Positions 29,486-40,546 are shown, numbered from the stretch's first letter. The stretch is DNA of 64,000 bases from Candidatus Bathyarchaeota archaeon (GCA_052246995.1 JBQPWD010000007.1:1-64000); one strand, 5' to 3'. The notes: generated by a model from the sequence alone, not told the origin. A program made the numbers and translations.

Positions 29486-29654
29486 AAAGATTAAAAATTT
29501 TAAAGCTTATAAGATTGCTTAAACATATTTAAAATTTAAAAGCTACAAATTCGCTTTAAAATCTGTCTAAAGCTTTTGGTAAAGTTTCCAGTTGATTGTA
29601 AATAGCAGTACTTAGTAAGGTGAAACCTTAAAATCATGCTTAGGAGGGAAAAAC

Positions 29655-30800
29655 TTGGCAAATTTTTCACTAATACCAACAGCAAAATACATTATTCACG
29701 CAAAATTTGAAGTTAACGGTATAGTTGAAAAACCTGATGTTATAGGTGCAATTTTTGGACAAACTGAAGGATTATTCGGCCCAGAATTAGACCTTAAAGA
29801 GCTTCAAAAAAATAACAGAGTTGGCAGAATTGAGGTTGAAGTTAAAAATGAACATGGTAAAACCTACGGATCCATAACGGTAACTTCAAGTTTGGATAGG
29901 GTTTCAACAGCAATTCTTGCAGCTGCAATTGAAAGTGTTGAAAGGGTTGGACCATGGGAGGCCAAGGTTATAATAGAAAGAATTGAAGATTTGAGAGAAA
30001 TCAAAAGGAGACAAATAGTTAAAAGAGCTAAAGAGATTCTTAGGAAGTGGATTGTTGAAAAAACACCTGAAATTGATGAAGTTATCAAAGATGTTTCAAG
30101 CGTTTTAAAACCTCCAGAAATAGTTCTTTATGGTCCTGAGCAGCTTTCAGCGGGACCTGACATTGATTCTGCGCAATCTATAATAGTTGTTGAGGGGAGA
30201 GCTGACGTTCATAATTTACTTCGATGTGGAATAAGGAATGTTATAGCTATTGATGGAGCAAGAATACCTGAAACAATTGTTGAGCTAAGTAAAAATAAAC
30301 AAGTTACAGTCTTTCTTGATGGAGATAGAGCTGGAGATTTAATCTTAAAGGAACTTTTTGAAAAAGTGGATGTTAAATATGTTGCTAGAGCTCCTCCTGG
30401 GAAGGAGGTTGAAGAGCTTACATGTAAGGAGATAATGAATGCTTTAAGAGAAAGAGTTCCAGCTTCAGAGGTTAAAATAAAGTATGCTAGAACCTCACTA
30501 CCACAAAAAATTGTCGAAGCCGTTGAAAGTTTAAGGGGGACGTTGGAGGCAATACTTTTCAATGAAAATTTTGATGTTTTAGCAAAAATACCTGTAAGTG
30601 AACTTGCAGAAAAAATTTCAAGTTTAAATGGTATTTCTATTGTTGTTTTTGATGGCATAGTTACTCAAAGGATTGTAGATATTGCCGAAGAAAAAGGTAT
30701 AAAGTGCATTATTGGAGACCAGATTTCAGATGTTGTTAAAAAACCAGTTAAACTTAGAATTCTAACTTTTGATGAAATTATGCCTAAAAAATCAGGGTAA
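29655..30800 (+). CDS. dnaG: Archaeal DnaG (exosome-associated)
   Basis: EKPDVIGAIFGQTEGL, VVEGRADV, DGDRAG. Confidence 0.95.
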   Translation: MANFSLIPTAKYIIHAKFEVNGIVEKPDVIGAIFGQTEGLFGPELDLKELQKNNRVGRIEVEVKNEHGKTYGSITVTSSLDRVSTAILAAAIESVERVGPWEAKVIIERIEDLREIKRRQIVKRAKEILRKWIVEKTPEIDEVIKDVSSVLKPPEIVLYGPEQLSAGPDIDSAQSIIVVEGRADVHNLLRCGIRNVIAIDGARIPETIVELSKNKQVTVFLDGDRAGDLILKELFEKVDVKYVARAPPGKEVEELTCKEIMNALRERVPASEVKIKYARTSLPQKIVEAVESLRGTLEAILFNENFDVLAKIPVSELAEKISSLNGISIVVFDGIVTQRIVDIAEEKGIKCIIGDQISDVVKKPVKLRILTFDEIMPKKSG

Positions 30801-30816
30801 AAACGGTGTAGAAAAG

Positions 30817-31659
30817 TTGAGAATAGGGTTACCCACAACATTATTTCCAGATATACGCATAGAAAAAGTTATGGAAAAACTTTTTAAGCTTGGGGCTGAG
30901 TGCATTGAAATTGTTTTTGAAATACCTCATTTTCCACCTGAAAGAAGAGAAATAGAGGACTTAAAGGGGTTAAAAAAGATTCTTACCCAATACGGTTTAC
31001 CATTATCAGTTCATTCATGTTTTTACGAACTTAACCTTGGAGGAGTTTACTATAATGTTAGAAGCTTTACTTTAAATGAGGTTAAAAAATGTTTAAAGTT
31101 TGCTGGCCTTATTGAAGCTGATGTTGTAACAGTACATTCAGGCTACTTCCCAGTTTACGACGATGAAGTTTTACGCAGAAAAGCTATGGAAAGATTTATT
31201 GAAGATATTGAGTTATGCTTAAAATTTTCTAGGGAAGAAAATGTTCAGCTTTCACTAGAGAATATCCAATCACCGTACTTCCTTTTTTCTACTCTGGAGA
31301 GCGCGCCTGAAATTTTTACGAGAGTTGAAGATTTAACCGTAACACTTGATATAGGTCACGCATACATCATAGAGAACAGTAGCGGAAAAAAGGGTAAAAA
31401 AGGTGCTGAAGAAAGAATAGCGGAAAAAATTGAGAATATTCTAAGCAAAAAAATACGCCACCTTCATATACATGACAACTTTGGAGTAAAAGATGACCAT
31501 CTTGTCCCAGGAGATGGAAAAATAAATTTTAAGCCTATAATTGGAGCTTTAAGAAGAATAGGTTATAACAACCAGATTATTGTTGAAGCTTGGAGCCCTA
31601 AGAAATCTATGGATACCGGTATAAAAGCTTTAAAAAGGGTTAAAACACTTTTTACATAA
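30817..31659 (+). CDS. Sugar phosphate isomerase/epimerase (xylose isomerase-like TIM barrel)
   Basis: SLENI, LDIGHA, HIHDN, DDHLVPGDG. Confidence 0.88.
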   Translation: MRIGLPTTLFPDIRIEKVMEKLFKLGAECIEIVFEIPHFPPERREIEDLKGLKKILTQYGLPLSVHSCFYELNLGGVYYNVRSFTLNEVKKCLKFAGLIEADVVTVHSGYFPVYDDEVLRRKAMERFIEDIELCLKFSREENVQLSLENIQSPYFLFSTLESAPEIFTRVEDLTVTLDIGHAYIIENSSGKKGKKGAEERIAEKIENILSKKIRHLHIHDNFGVKDDHLVPGDGKINFKPIIGALRRIGYNNQIIVEAWSPKKSMDTGIKALKRVKTLFT

Positions 31660-31684
31660 ACCTCTAAAAATTTATTAAGGTTGT

Positions 31685-32773
31685 ATGTCTAGCTTAGAAA
31701 AAAATGCTAAAACAATTTTCTCCAGGCCTAACATTAAAGAAGCTAGGCTTTATGAGAAACTTTCTGATGATAAGGTTAGATGCATACTTTGTGAACGTAG
31801 GTGCATAGTTGTAGACGGGGAAAAAGGTTTTTGTAAAACAAGGGTAAACATTAACGGAAAGCTTTACACACTTGTCTATGGAGATTTAAGTGCTGTTGAA
31901 AGCAGACCAATAGAGATTAAACCATTTTTCCATTACTGGGTTGGGTCGACAGCCTTAACATTCTCTACATGGTCATGTAACTTTACCTGTCCATGGTGTC
32001 AAAACCATCATTTATCAAAAGTTGACCCTAACCCTTTAAATTCAATCTACTATTCACCAGAGGAAATTGTAAATCTAGCCTTAAAACTTGGAGACGAAGG
32101 TTTATGTGCAAGTTTTCAGGAGCCAACCCTTTTAACTGAGTGGTGTTTAGATACTTTTAAGCTTGGAAGTATTAAGGGGCTTTATTGCTGCTACGTTTCA
32201 AATGGATATATGACTACTGAGACCTTAAAACTTCTAAGGTTAAGTGGAATGGATGGATTAAAAGTTGACGTTAAGGGTGGTAAAGAAGAGTATAAAAAAT
32301 ATTGTGGAGGAGTTGATGTTGATGTTGTCTGGAGAAATACCATTGAAGCTAAGAGGATGGGAATTCATGTTGAGATTGTAAATCTTATAGTTACTGGTGT
32401 TAATGATGATGATGAATGTATCAGAGAAACCATAGAAACTCATGTTAAAAAGCTTGGTGTTGATGTCCCTATTCACTTTACACGCTACTATCCAGCTTAC
32501 AAGTTTAACAATTCACCAACAAAAATCGAGGTTTTGGAAAAAGCTTATAAAATGGCTAAAAACCTTGGAGTTTACTATCCATATCTTGGAAATGTTCCAG
32601 GACATCCGTGGGAAAACACGTACTGTCCAAGTTGTGGGGAGCTTTTAATTGGCAGAATTGGATATAAAATTGTTAAATACAACATCAATCCGGAAAATAG
32701 ATGCCAAAGATGCGGATTTAAGATAAACCTTACAGGAAAATTTGTAAAAAAACCTTACAAGCCGCCTTTTTAG
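31685..32773 (+). CDS. AmmeMemoRadiSam-type radical SAM enzyme
   Basis: PIEIKPFFHY, CNFTCPWCQN, YLGNV, TYCPSC. Confidence 0.88.
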   Translation: MSSLEKNAKTIFSRPNIKEARLYEKLSDDKVRCILCERRCIVVDGEKGFCKTRVNINGKLYTLVYGDLSAVESRPIEIKPFFHYWVGSTALTFSTWSCNFTCPWCQNHHLSKVDPNPLNSIYYSPEEIVNLALKLGDEGLCASFQEPTLLTEWCLDTFKLGSIKGLYCCYVSNGYMTTETLKLLRLSGMDGLKVDVKGGKEEYKKYCGGVDVDVVWRNTIEAKRMGIHVEIVNLIVTGVNDDDECIRETIETHVKKLGVDVPIHFTRYYPAYKFNNSPTKIEVLEKAYKMAKNLGVYYPYLGNVPGHPWENTYCPSCGELLIGRIGYKIVKYNINPENRCQRCGFKINLTGKFVKKPYKPPF

Positions 32774-32864
32774 TTTAAGTTTCTTTTTCTTTTGGAAAAA
32801 TTTAGCAGTTAAAGAATTTTTACAGTTTTAGGTTTAAAGTGTTAACATGCCAGAGAATTAGACT

Positions 32865-33716
32865 TTAAAAAATTTTAACATCAATACAAACCTTCCATGT
32901 ACGTGGACCGTAGGGTAAAACTTTCTTCTTACCCATAACCTCCAACTCTCTTCCAAGTTTTTTAGCAGCCTCTCTAACAAGTTTTTCAGCATCAGAAAAA
33001 AGGTCTTCTTCAGTAGCCCAGTGGTAAAAGTGTAAAAAACCATAATTTTTTAAGCATGAAATAGCTAAATCAAGGTGTTGGTAACCTCCCTTTGGAAGGG
33101 GCATAATAACCCTATCAAATTTTCCCTCAAATTTTGGGCAAACATCTTTAACATCACCAAATATAGGGTAAACCTTATCATTAACCTTATTTAGCTTAAC
33201 ATTTTCTAAACAATAGTTGTAAGCTATAGGGTTTAGCTCAACAGTTAAAATCTTTTTAACTAAGGGTTGCCTCTTAGCTATAACTATCGAGTAAGGACAT
33301 ACTCCCCCAAACATAACAAGAACGTCTTCACTAGGGTTGACCTTTTCCGCTATTCTAAGTCTTTCAGTCGATTCCCTAGGTGAAAAGTATACTTTTTGAG
33401 GGTCAAGCTTAAAAAGGCAACCATACTCTTTATGAAGAACTTCAGTATTATGGTCTCCAAGTAGAAGTTCATATTCTCTAACTCTAAAAATGTTTTTTCG
33501 AGGTGAAGCTTTTCTTAAAACTGTTTTAACATTTTTATGAAGCCCCATAAGCTTTTCAGCTATAATCATCTTATAAGGTTCAAGCTCATCTGGAATTTCA
33601 ATAACGGCTACAGCCTTTTCCCTTGAACCTATTATATCAAAAGATTTCGGGATAAGGGTTAAAAGTTCTGGTGGAAGAACGCCTCTTAACGCACCAACTA
33701 AACCTTTCTCAGCCAT
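32865..33716 (-). CDS. Trm5/Taw2 (Met-10+) family tRNA methyltransferase
   Basis: HKEYGC, VYFSPR, ELNP, FDRVIMPLP. Confidence 0.88.
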   Translation of the reverse strand: MAEKGLVGALRGVLPPELLTLIPKSFDIIGSREKAVAVIEIPDELEPYKMIIAEKLMGLHKNVKTVLRKASPRKNIFRVREYELLLGDHNTEVLHKEYGCLFKLDPQKVYFSPRESTERLRIAEKVNPSEDVLVMFGGVCPYSIVIAKRQPLVKKILTVELNPIAYNYCLENVKLNKVNDKVYPIFGDVKDVCPKFEGKFDRVIMPLPKGGYQHLDLAISCLKNYGFLHFYHWATEEDLFSDAEKLVREAAKKLGRELEVMGKKKVLPYGPRTWKVCIDVKIF

Positions 33717-33718
33717 TT

Positions 33719-34279
33719 CTAGGCCACATCAACCTCTTTAACATAGCCATGTTTAACAAGTTTTTCAATATTTTGCAGTGGAATTGCAACTACATCTTCA
33801 ACTTTAAAAGGCCCATACGTTTTCATATCCGATCCAACTAACGCTGGAATATCGCTTAAAATTCTTAAAACAACATTAGCTTTTTTTACATTAATAATTT
33901 TGTAGGTTGACTTTAGAGTTTTACCTTCAACAGACTCCTTAGCAAGTTTTCTAGAAAACCTATAACTCTGGTTTAACTCCTCATAAAAACTTTTCTCTTC
34001 TAAGGTTAAAAGAGATGGTTTTATCTCGCCTTTCTCTTCAAACAGGAGTTTAACAATTTTTTTAAGCCTTAAATCTATAAGTAAGTTTAAAAGTTCAGAA
34101 GATTTTTCAACTTCAAGCTGCTTAAGTTTATACTTAAAAGATTTCTCATCTAAACCTTTAATCTCCTCTCTTAAATTTTTGATGTAAACTGAAAAATCTT
34201 GATAAAAATTTTCGGGTAAAGGTTGAAGTTTTTCATCGTCAACCTCATTTTTCCATGCTTCGTAAATTTTTTTATACAA
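33719..34279 (-). CDS. GINS subunit (Gins51-type)
   Basis: LQPLPENFY, C-terminal GSDMKTYGPF B-domain; lies after priS. Confidence 0.88.
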   Translation of the reverse strand: MYKKIYEAWKNEVDDEKLQPLPENFYQDFSVYIKNLREEIKGLDEKSFKYKLKQLEVEKSSELLNLLIDLRLKKIVKLLFEEKGEIKPSLLTLEEKSFYEELNQSYRFSRKLAKESVEGKTLKSTYKIINVKKANVVLRILSDIPALVGSDMKTYGPFKVEDVVAIPLQNIEKLVKHGYVKEVDVA

Positions 34280-34296
34280 GAATTAAACCTCCAAAC

Positions 34297-35535
34297 TTAT
34301 GTTAAAGATGCAACACCTCTAGCTAGGAGAAAGATTGCTACGGATGATGGTAAAGTAATCATTTCACCTTTACTTAGCTTAAATATTTCTCCATTAAACC
34401 TTAACATTCTTGAAATTTTAACCTTAATCCTAACTTTTTCATCTTTAAAGGCTAAACCATCAGTTAGTGGGTCAAATTCTTCAAGCATATTTATGGGAAT
34501 TACAACAGTTTTTAGCCCAGTTTTACCATGAAGAGTCCCAGGGAGTCTTATTAACCGATGAATATCTGTTGTTACTACGGTGTCTACCGGAATAACTACT
34601 TTTGTTAAGGCTTTCTCTACAATTTTAACCCACTTTTTCTCACTACCAAGAATTCTTATCAAAACTTCCTCTTCAACCCCGTTTGAAAGCCATGTTAGAA
34701 TTTCACTTCTCTTCTCATTAATCTTTTTAGCAGTTTTCTCATCTAAACCATTTTCTAAAAGTTTTTTTGAAGGTTGAACCAGTAAATCATAAACTGCCCT
34801 GCTAATTCTACCCTGAAAACCAGGTTTGGATATGTTTAGAGGAGAAAGAATCTTTTTTCTGATTTTTTTATCTTTAAAGTCTAGCCCTACTCCCCTAATA
34901 TAGTCAACAATCTCCTTTCTTTCATCAGCTCCAAGACTCATAACGGCTTCATCCTCAACATGAAGATGATAACCTCTATGACCTGAAAAAACTATAGTCA
35001 TGTTTTTCTGGTGTATAGCAAAATCCTCCTCAAGTATAGTAAAAAGCTTTAACAATTCATCTTTAGCTTTATTAAGACAAAACTCACAAAGCCAATAATC
35101 TTCTTCAATCCTACTTCCTCCACAGGTGGAACAAAGAGAAATATTTTCACTAAACGTTTCCCCACAGTCTAAACATTTCCAAAACTTATGTTCGACAGGG
35201 CTTTTTCTGCATAAGTCTTGAATGTCATCACAATCAATATCAAATATTAGGTCTGCTCCAAGCCAACCCTTTTCATTCATCTTTTCTTCTGAGGGGTTTT
35301 TATAGTAAGCTGAAGAATAGTAAACATCCGATGGTACCAAGTTTATCATGAAGTCGGAGAATTCCTTAAAACTTTTAAAACCTTTATGTCTAACCATGAG
35401 AACCTTATCATGTCTAAAAGGTACGAAACCAAACTCCCTTTTTTCAAAAAAACTTGGAAGGGAAACTTCTTTAAGGTTTTTAAGATAGTAATCCCTAAAT
35501 TTTTCTTTGAGAAATTCTACGGTTTTTGTATCCAT
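34297..35535 (-). CDS. priS: DNA primase catalytic subunit with zinc-ribbon insertion
   Basis: REFGF, LIFDID, FSGHRGYH, RLIRLPGTLH. Confidence 0.95.
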   Translation of the reverse strand: MDTKTVEFLKEKFRDYYLKNLKEVSLPSFFEKREFGFVPFRHDKVLMVRHKGFKSFKEFSDFMINLVPSDVYYSSAYYKNPSEEKMNEKGWLGADLIFDIDCDDIQDLCRKSPVEHKFWKCLDCGETFSENISLCSTCGGSRIEEDYWLCEFCLNKAKDELLKLFTILEEDFAIHQKNMTIVFSGHRGYHLHVEDEAVMSLGADERKEIVDYIRGVGLDFKDKKIRKKILSPLNISKPGFQGRISRAVYDLLVQPSKKLLENGLDEKTAKKINEKRSEILTWLSNGVEEEVLIRILGSEKKWVKIVEKALTKVVIPVDTVVTTDIHRLIRLPGTLHGKTGLKTVVIPINMLEEFDPLTDGLAFKDEKVRIKVKISRMLRFNGEIFKLSKGEMITLPSSVAIFLLARGVASLT

Positions 35536-36644
35536 TTTTCACGTTTTAAGCTAGCTTTTAAAGTTCTTAAATAATATGTTAACGGATTTTTAACTTTTGC
35601 ACAAACTTTATCTTCACCGAAGCAAAGGCCATGGGTTTTCATATTTCCACAATTTAAAGGTTTATACTTTGTTTTTCCACCAACAACCCCAGCAATATGT
35701 TCAACCTGATATCTTGTTATACGTTCATCAAAATCTGTTGTGGAAGTATAAATTTTAACTATCTCATCAACACTCACTCCAACTTGGATTAGGAAGGCAG
35801 TAAGGGTAAATCTTCCTATATGAGGAACGTCCTTGCCGCTTAAAACATCCATATAAAGATTTTTAATGCAGGGAGGGAAAAAGTCAGGTTTAACATCATA
35901 AAAGGAAAATTCTTTAACACTATCCTTTTTTCTTGTTTGAAGAAAATTTTTAAGCTTGTCAATCTCATCTAAAAATTCCTTCTTAGTTTTCTCATCAACA
36001 CTCTCTAAAATATCAAAAGAGACTACTTTTCCAGCTTCATTAAACTTAGCTTCAACATGTCTCCTGATTTCCTCCTCTAAAAGTCTTGCAACCTTTTTTC
36101 TTGTAAGATAAACTTCCCCATCAATAATAAGCTGATTTACAAGTTTCCACTCATCCTCACGTATTTTTGCAGCATTTTTAAGGTAATCTTTAAAGTGTAG
36201 TTTAATTTCCCCCAAACTACCATTTAAACCTGCTAAACTTACTTTCCAACCAAAGTTTTTGGAGGCAATTTTAACTATTTTTTCAGGTGACTCGTTTTCA
36301 AGAAGTAATGAGACTTTTTTTGCTTCAAATAATGCAAATCTTTTCTCAAAGTAAGAGTCACCAATAAACTTTAATATGGCTATGGCCAAAGGAAAAGATA
36401 AAATTTCAATGTAAGGCTCCAATTTTTCAAGTTTTAACGCTTGGTAGCTTAATTCTTTAATTGTTAATGTTGCTGAATCTTTTATCCTTAAAATTGCCCT
36501 ATCAAAAATTGGTTTGAAATCTGGGCTTAAAACCTCGTTAAACTTAAGAAGACCAAGCCTTTCTTTTACGTACTTGGCTGCATCAACAATAAATGGATAT
36601 TTTACTAAATCTTGCTCTGTTAAGTTATCCTCAAACCTGCTCAT
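35517..36644 (-). CDS. priL: DNA primase large subunit
   Basis: KYPF, FPPCIK, TRYQVEH, FeS cysteines, NPLTYY. Confidence 0.94.
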   Translation of the reverse strand: MSRFEDNLTEQDLVKYPFIVDAAKYVKERLGLLKFNEVLSPDFKPIFDRAILRIKDSATLTIKELSYQALKLEKLEPYIEILSFPLAIAILKFIGDSYFEKRFALFEAKKVSLLLENESPEKIVKIASKNFGWKVSLAGLNGSLGEIKLHFKDYLKNAAKIREDEWKLVNQLIIDGEVYLTRKKVARLLEEEIRRHVEAKFNEAGKVVSFDILESVDEKTKKEFLDEIDKLKNFLQTRKKDSVKEFSFYDVKPDFFPPCIKNLYMDVLSGKDVPHIGRFTLTAFLIQVGVSVDEIVKIYTSTTDFDERITRYQVEHIAGVVGGKTKYKPLNCGNMKTHGLCFGEDKVCAKVKNPLTYYLRTLKASLKREKWIQKP

Positions 36645-37394
36645 TTACTCTATTCTTGGAGCAAGGTAGTATGTAAGTTTACCTTTCTCCGGAAGCTCAA
36701 AATCTATTTTTATAGGCTTATCCGTGGAAAATTCTATGGTGGATATTTTTGATGAAGCTGAACCTGCTTTAAGCATATCTTCAAGATAACTTATACCATA
36801 AAGAGCTTTAACTTCCCCGTTAACCTTGAACTCTAAAATAGAAACATTATCCTTTTCAAATTCAACAACAATATTACCAGTTTCTCCTGAACCACTTAAT
36901 ACAAGTTTTTCAGGGTTAGCTTCAAACTTAACTTGTTCACTTACGCTTGAAATGTCACGTATAGCATCATAAAGCGAGTCTCCATCCATTTTAATTTTAG
37001 CATCAAAAGTTATTCTAGGTGTTGGGACTTCTGAGCTTGACGGTTGAAGTAACGGTAGGGAAAAACGTTTAACGTACTTTCCTGTAATTTTAACTTCAAG
37101 ATTTGCCTTATCCTTGCTAAGTGAAAGTTCTAAAGGCTCACCAGCGGTAACCCTTTTCATAAGCTTTAAAAAGTCACTAAGATTTATGCAAAGCTTTGTA
37201 GGTTCAGAACATTCGTAAACTTGAAAAGCATTTTTCGAATACTCAAAATCAACCATGGCAACATGAGAAGGATCCATAGCCCTAAGTTTCATACCATCTT
37301 CAGCTACATCAAAAGTTGCTTCCTCAATTAAGGCTGAAATGGCATCCATAAGGTTTTTCCACCTTTTGGAATCTGAAATTACCAGTCTAAACAT
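36645..37394 (-). CDS. pcn: DNA sliding clamp PCNA
   Basis: RAMDPSHVAMV, YYLAPRIE. Confidence 0.97.
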   Translation of the reverse strand: MFRLVISDSKRWKNLMDAISALIEEATFDVAEDGMKLRAMDPSHVAMVDFEYSKNAFQVYECSEPTKLCINLSDFLKLMKRVTAGEPLELSLSKDKANLEVKITGKYVKRFSLPLLQPSSSEVPTPRITFDAKIKMDGDSLYDAIRDISSVSEQVKFEANPEKLVLSGSGETGNIVVEFEKDNVSILEFKVNGEVKALYGISYLEDMLKAGSASSKISTIEFSTDKPIKIDFELPEKGKLTYYLAPRIE

Positions 37395-37662
37395 TTTAAA
37401 CCCCTTCCTACCTGTAAGTTATAGATGAAGTAAAAAAAACTTTCTATTTTAAGAATATGTAAATAAAGAAGTTTAAAACACGTATAAGCATTGTTAAATA
37501 GGAAATATCCCTTTTTAAACATTAAACTTTAAAAGTGCGAAGTTCGTCATCAATATGTTTAAGATTTGGCCTATGTTAAAATCATGTACAGCAACACGTT
37601 TAGGGGAATATAAGATACGTGTAAATAAAAAAATTGACCACTTTTATGAGGTGGGTTAAATT

Positions 37663-38856
37663 ATGCGGATCTTTCATACAGCTTCCGATGAGGAAATTAA
37701 GAAGGGAAAAACAACAGATGTATATTTCCTCAGAACTATGGAGGTTTTAAAAGCTAAAGGAAAGGACAAGGTTAATGTTGTAGCGGAGGTCACTCCACAA
37801 ACAAGATTACCTGAAAATTGGCCTTGGGCTGTTTTATGCGGAGTTGAAGAAGCTTTAAAACTTCTTGAGGGATACCATGTAAATGTCTATAGTTTACCGG
37901 AGGGAACAATATTCCGTCCAAAGGATTTTAATGGTATCAGACTACCTGTAATGTTTATTGAGGGAGCTTATGGAGAATTTTGTTTTCTTGAAACACCTTT
38001 ACTAGGTTTTATCTGTCAATCTTCTGGAATAGCTACCAAAGCTGCAAGAATAAGAAAAATTGCCGGGGATAGGCTTTTGATATCCTTCGGAATTAGAAGG
38101 ATCCATCCAGCTATAGCTCCCATGGTTGATAGAGCAATTTATATCGCAGGATTTGATGGTGTTTCTTGCGTACTGAGTGCAAAAGTTATAGGTAAAGAAC
38201 CTATAGGTACAATGCCCCATTCATTAATAATAGTATTTAAAGATCAAGTTAAAGCATGGAAAGCGTTTGATGAAGTTGTTGATGAAAAGGTTCCACGCAT
38301 AGCCTTAGTTGATACCTACTTTGATGAAAAAATTGAGGCTGTTAAGGCTGCGGAAGCTTTAGGTGAAAGGCTATTTGGTGTAAGATTGGATACACCATCC
38401 TCAAGAAAAGGAAACTTTGCTGAAATCGTTAAAGAAGTAGGCTGGGAACTTTTTATTAGAGGATATGGAAATGTTAAAATTATAGTTTCAGGAGGGATTA
38501 ACGAGGAAAACATTAAACCTTTAATGGATGCTGGGGTTTATGGGTTTGGAGTAGGAACATCTATAAGCGCAGCACCAACAATAGATTTTGCCTTGGATAT
38601 TGTTGAAGTTGAAGGAAAACCTGCTGCTAAGCGTGGAAAACTTGGAGGTAAGAAGCAGGTTTGGCGTTGCTGGAAATGTATGGTTGACAAAGTTCTACCA
38701 TTTAACTTAGAGAAGCCAAAATGTCCTAGTTGTGGTGGAGATATGGAAAGTATGCTTAAACCAGCAATATTAGATGGAAAAATGCTCATTCAGCTTCCAA
38801 GTCCAGAAGAAGTTAGGCATTATGTACTTAAACAGCTAGAGAAGGTAGCTTTATAA
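37663..38856 (+). CDS. pncB: Nicotinate phosphoribosyltransferase
   Basis: TDVYF, FGIRR, GTMPH, VRLDT, VSGG, GVGT. Confidence 0.92.
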   Translation: MRIFHTASDEEIKKGKTTDVYFLRTMEVLKAKGKDKVNVVAEVTPQTRLPENWPWAVLCGVEEALKLLEGYHVNVYSLPEGTIFRPKDFNGIRLPVMFIEGAYGEFCFLETPLLGFICQSSGIATKAARIRKIAGDRLLISFGIRRIHPAIAPMVDRAIYIAGFDGVSCVLSAKVIGKEPIGTMPHSLIIVFKDQVKAWKAFDEVVDEKVPRIALVDTYFDEKIEAVKAAEALGERLFGVRLDTPSSRKGNFAEIVKEVGWELFIRGYGNVKIIVSGGINEENIKPLMDAGVYGFGVGTSISAAPTIDFALDIVEVEGKPAAKRGKLGGKKQVWRCWKCMVDKVLPFNLEKPKCPSCGGDMESMLKPAILDGKMLIQLPSPEEVRHYVLKQLEKVAL

Positions 38857-38901
38857 GTCAAGTTTAGCAATTTTTACCATTAAAATTTAGATTCGTCCTT
38901 T

Positions 38902-39240
38902 TTAGGAATATTCACGCCAAGTTGTTCCACATTTTGTGCACCTGAAAAACTGAGTTGAAGATTCATCAGCGCCTCTTGTTTGAACAATCCAAGCATAGGC
39001 CTCCATGTTTCCACAATGGGGACATTCAACTTTTTCTGTTGGTAAAGTTTTAATTTTAGCCTCTTGTTCTCCAATAACAACTATAGGTTCGATTTCTGGC
39101 TTCTTCAACCTCTTTACAACAACATTTTTTTTTGACCTAGCTTCATAACCACATTTTGGACATTTTAAACAAAGTTTTGAGCTATCTCGCTTCTTACTTC
39201 CTAACAAAAGTTTTGTACCACACTTAGGGCAAAACTCCAT
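38902..39240 (-). CDS. tfs: Transcription factor S
   Basis: MEFCPKCG and QTRGADES..FFRCTKCG. Confidence 0.95.
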   Translation of the reverse strand: MEFCPKCGTKLLLGSKKRDSSKLCLKCPKCGYEARSKKNVVVKRLKKPEIEPIVVIGEQEAKIKTLPTEKVECPHCGNMEAYAWIVQTRGADESSTQFFRCTKCGTTWREYS

Positions 39241-39305
39241 TAATATTCCCCTTAAACAGGAAAAGGTCACTTGACCTTGCATTCTTCACATAGAAGAGGA
39301 AGAAT

Positions 39306-39878
39306 TTAAATGTTTTGGGTTAAGGAAGAGTTTAAAGCTTTAGCTATAAGCCTTGCAACCCTTAAAGGTTCAGGCAGCTTGTTAAAAACAGTAACCTCTA
39401 GCACCCTTTCAGCTTCCTTTAAGTCTAAACCATGAAGGTAAACGTAAAAAATTAAGCAGTTTAGAACTTTAACTTTTAATGGTTTTTTAAACTCCTCTAG
39501 TTCTGAGGATCCTAAATCCTTAAAGAATTCTGCTTTTAAGGGTTTGCTTGTAACAACCATTATAGGCTTTTTGACCTTCTTACTAAGCTTACAAGGGTTT
39601 AAAGGGTTTAACCCTAAAAATGTAAGCTTATTTAGCATTAATAGGCGTATTTGACCATAATGAACTGAACTTTTTATAATTTTTGTAAGCTTGCTTGTTA
39701 AATCTAAGCAACCTTCTTTAACTTTAAGTTTAAAAACACCGTCAATCCAACTTCCACCCCTATAAACAACGCCAACCAAGAAACCTTCTCCAAAATTTTT
39801 TATACTGTTTACACATCCATCGTCAATACCAACAATTCTAATCTCCTTTTTAATGTATCCTAACTTTAACCCTTCCAA
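39306..39878 (-). CDS. DUF99 family (endonuclease V-like) protein
   Basis: IVGIDDG, GVVYRG, LPEPLRVA. Confidence 0.88.
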   Translation of the reverse strand: MEGLKLGYIKKEIRIVGIDDGCVNSIKNFGEGFLVGVVYRGGSWIDGVFKLKVKEGCLDLTSKLTKIIKSSVHYGQIRLLMLNKLTFLGLNPLNPCKLSKKVKKPIMVVTSKPLKAEFFKDLGSSELEEFKKPLKVKVLNCLIFYVYLHGLDLKEAERVLEVTVFNKLPEPLRVARLIAKALNSSLTQNI

Positions 39879-40546
39879 CCATATTTACCTCTTAAAGGAA
39901 CAAACACAACAGAACATAGCTCGTCACACTTTAAAGTACCCTTAACCTTCACAACTCTTTTAAGAACTTGAGAAAGGTGAGGTTCTCCTAAGGGTATAAC
40001 AAGTATGCCATCATCAGCCAACTGATTTATTAAAGGTGTAGGTATTGATGGAGCTGCAGCTGTAACAATAATTCTGTCAAAAGGGGCGTACTCAGGTAAA
40101 CCTAGTGTTCCGTCGCCATGAATAACAGTAACCCTATTCTTGTAAGAGGTCCTTTCAAGATTTTTTCTTGCAAAATCAGCAAGCTCCTCAATAAGCTCAA
40201 CGGTATAAACATGCCCTAGATTTTTAGCCCCCTCTGGTGCAACAATTTCAGCTATTACTGCTGCATGATAACCACTTCCAGCACCAACTTCTAAAACTTT
40301 ATCTCCAACTCTTAACTCTAAAAATTCACACATCATTGCAACCATATGGGGAGCAGAAATTGTTTGACCACAACCTATTGGCAAAGGAGTATCTTCATAA
40401 GCCTGATTTTTTAGATGTTTAGGAACAAATTCTTCCCTTGGAACTTTAAGCATAGCTTTAATAACATTTTCATTCCTCAAAACTCCCGCTTTTACCAAGT
40501 AATTTACAAGATTTCTTCTTTCAGCCTCAAAATTCATGTTTGTCAT
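39866..40546 (-). CDS. pcm: Protein-L-isoaspartate O-methyltransferase
   Basis: VPREEF, GQTISAPHM, LEVGAGSGY, APFDRI, FVPL. Confidence 0.96.
   Translation of the reverse strand: MTNMNFEAERRNLVNYLVKAGVLRNENVIKAMLKVPREEFVPKHLKNQAYEDTPLPIGCGQTISAPHMVAMMCEFLELRVGDKVLEVGAGSGYHAAVIAEIVAPEGAKNLGHVYTVELIEELADFARKNLERTSYKNRVTVIHGDGTLGLPEYAPFDRIIVTAAAPSIPTPLINQLADDGILVIPLGEPHLSQVLKRVVKVKGTLKCDELCSVVFVPLRGKYGWKG

Noticed and set aside
29486-29654. AT-rich spacer with TTTCCAGTTGA resembling a mini-ORB
   Set aside because: Single weak match, no repeated ORBs or G-string, and no cdc6/orc1 nearby.
37395-37662. Intergenic region with a minus-strand TGATGA (possible C/D sRNA) and ACACGT repeats
   Set aside because: No properly spaced CTGA D box; explained as a divergent promoter region.
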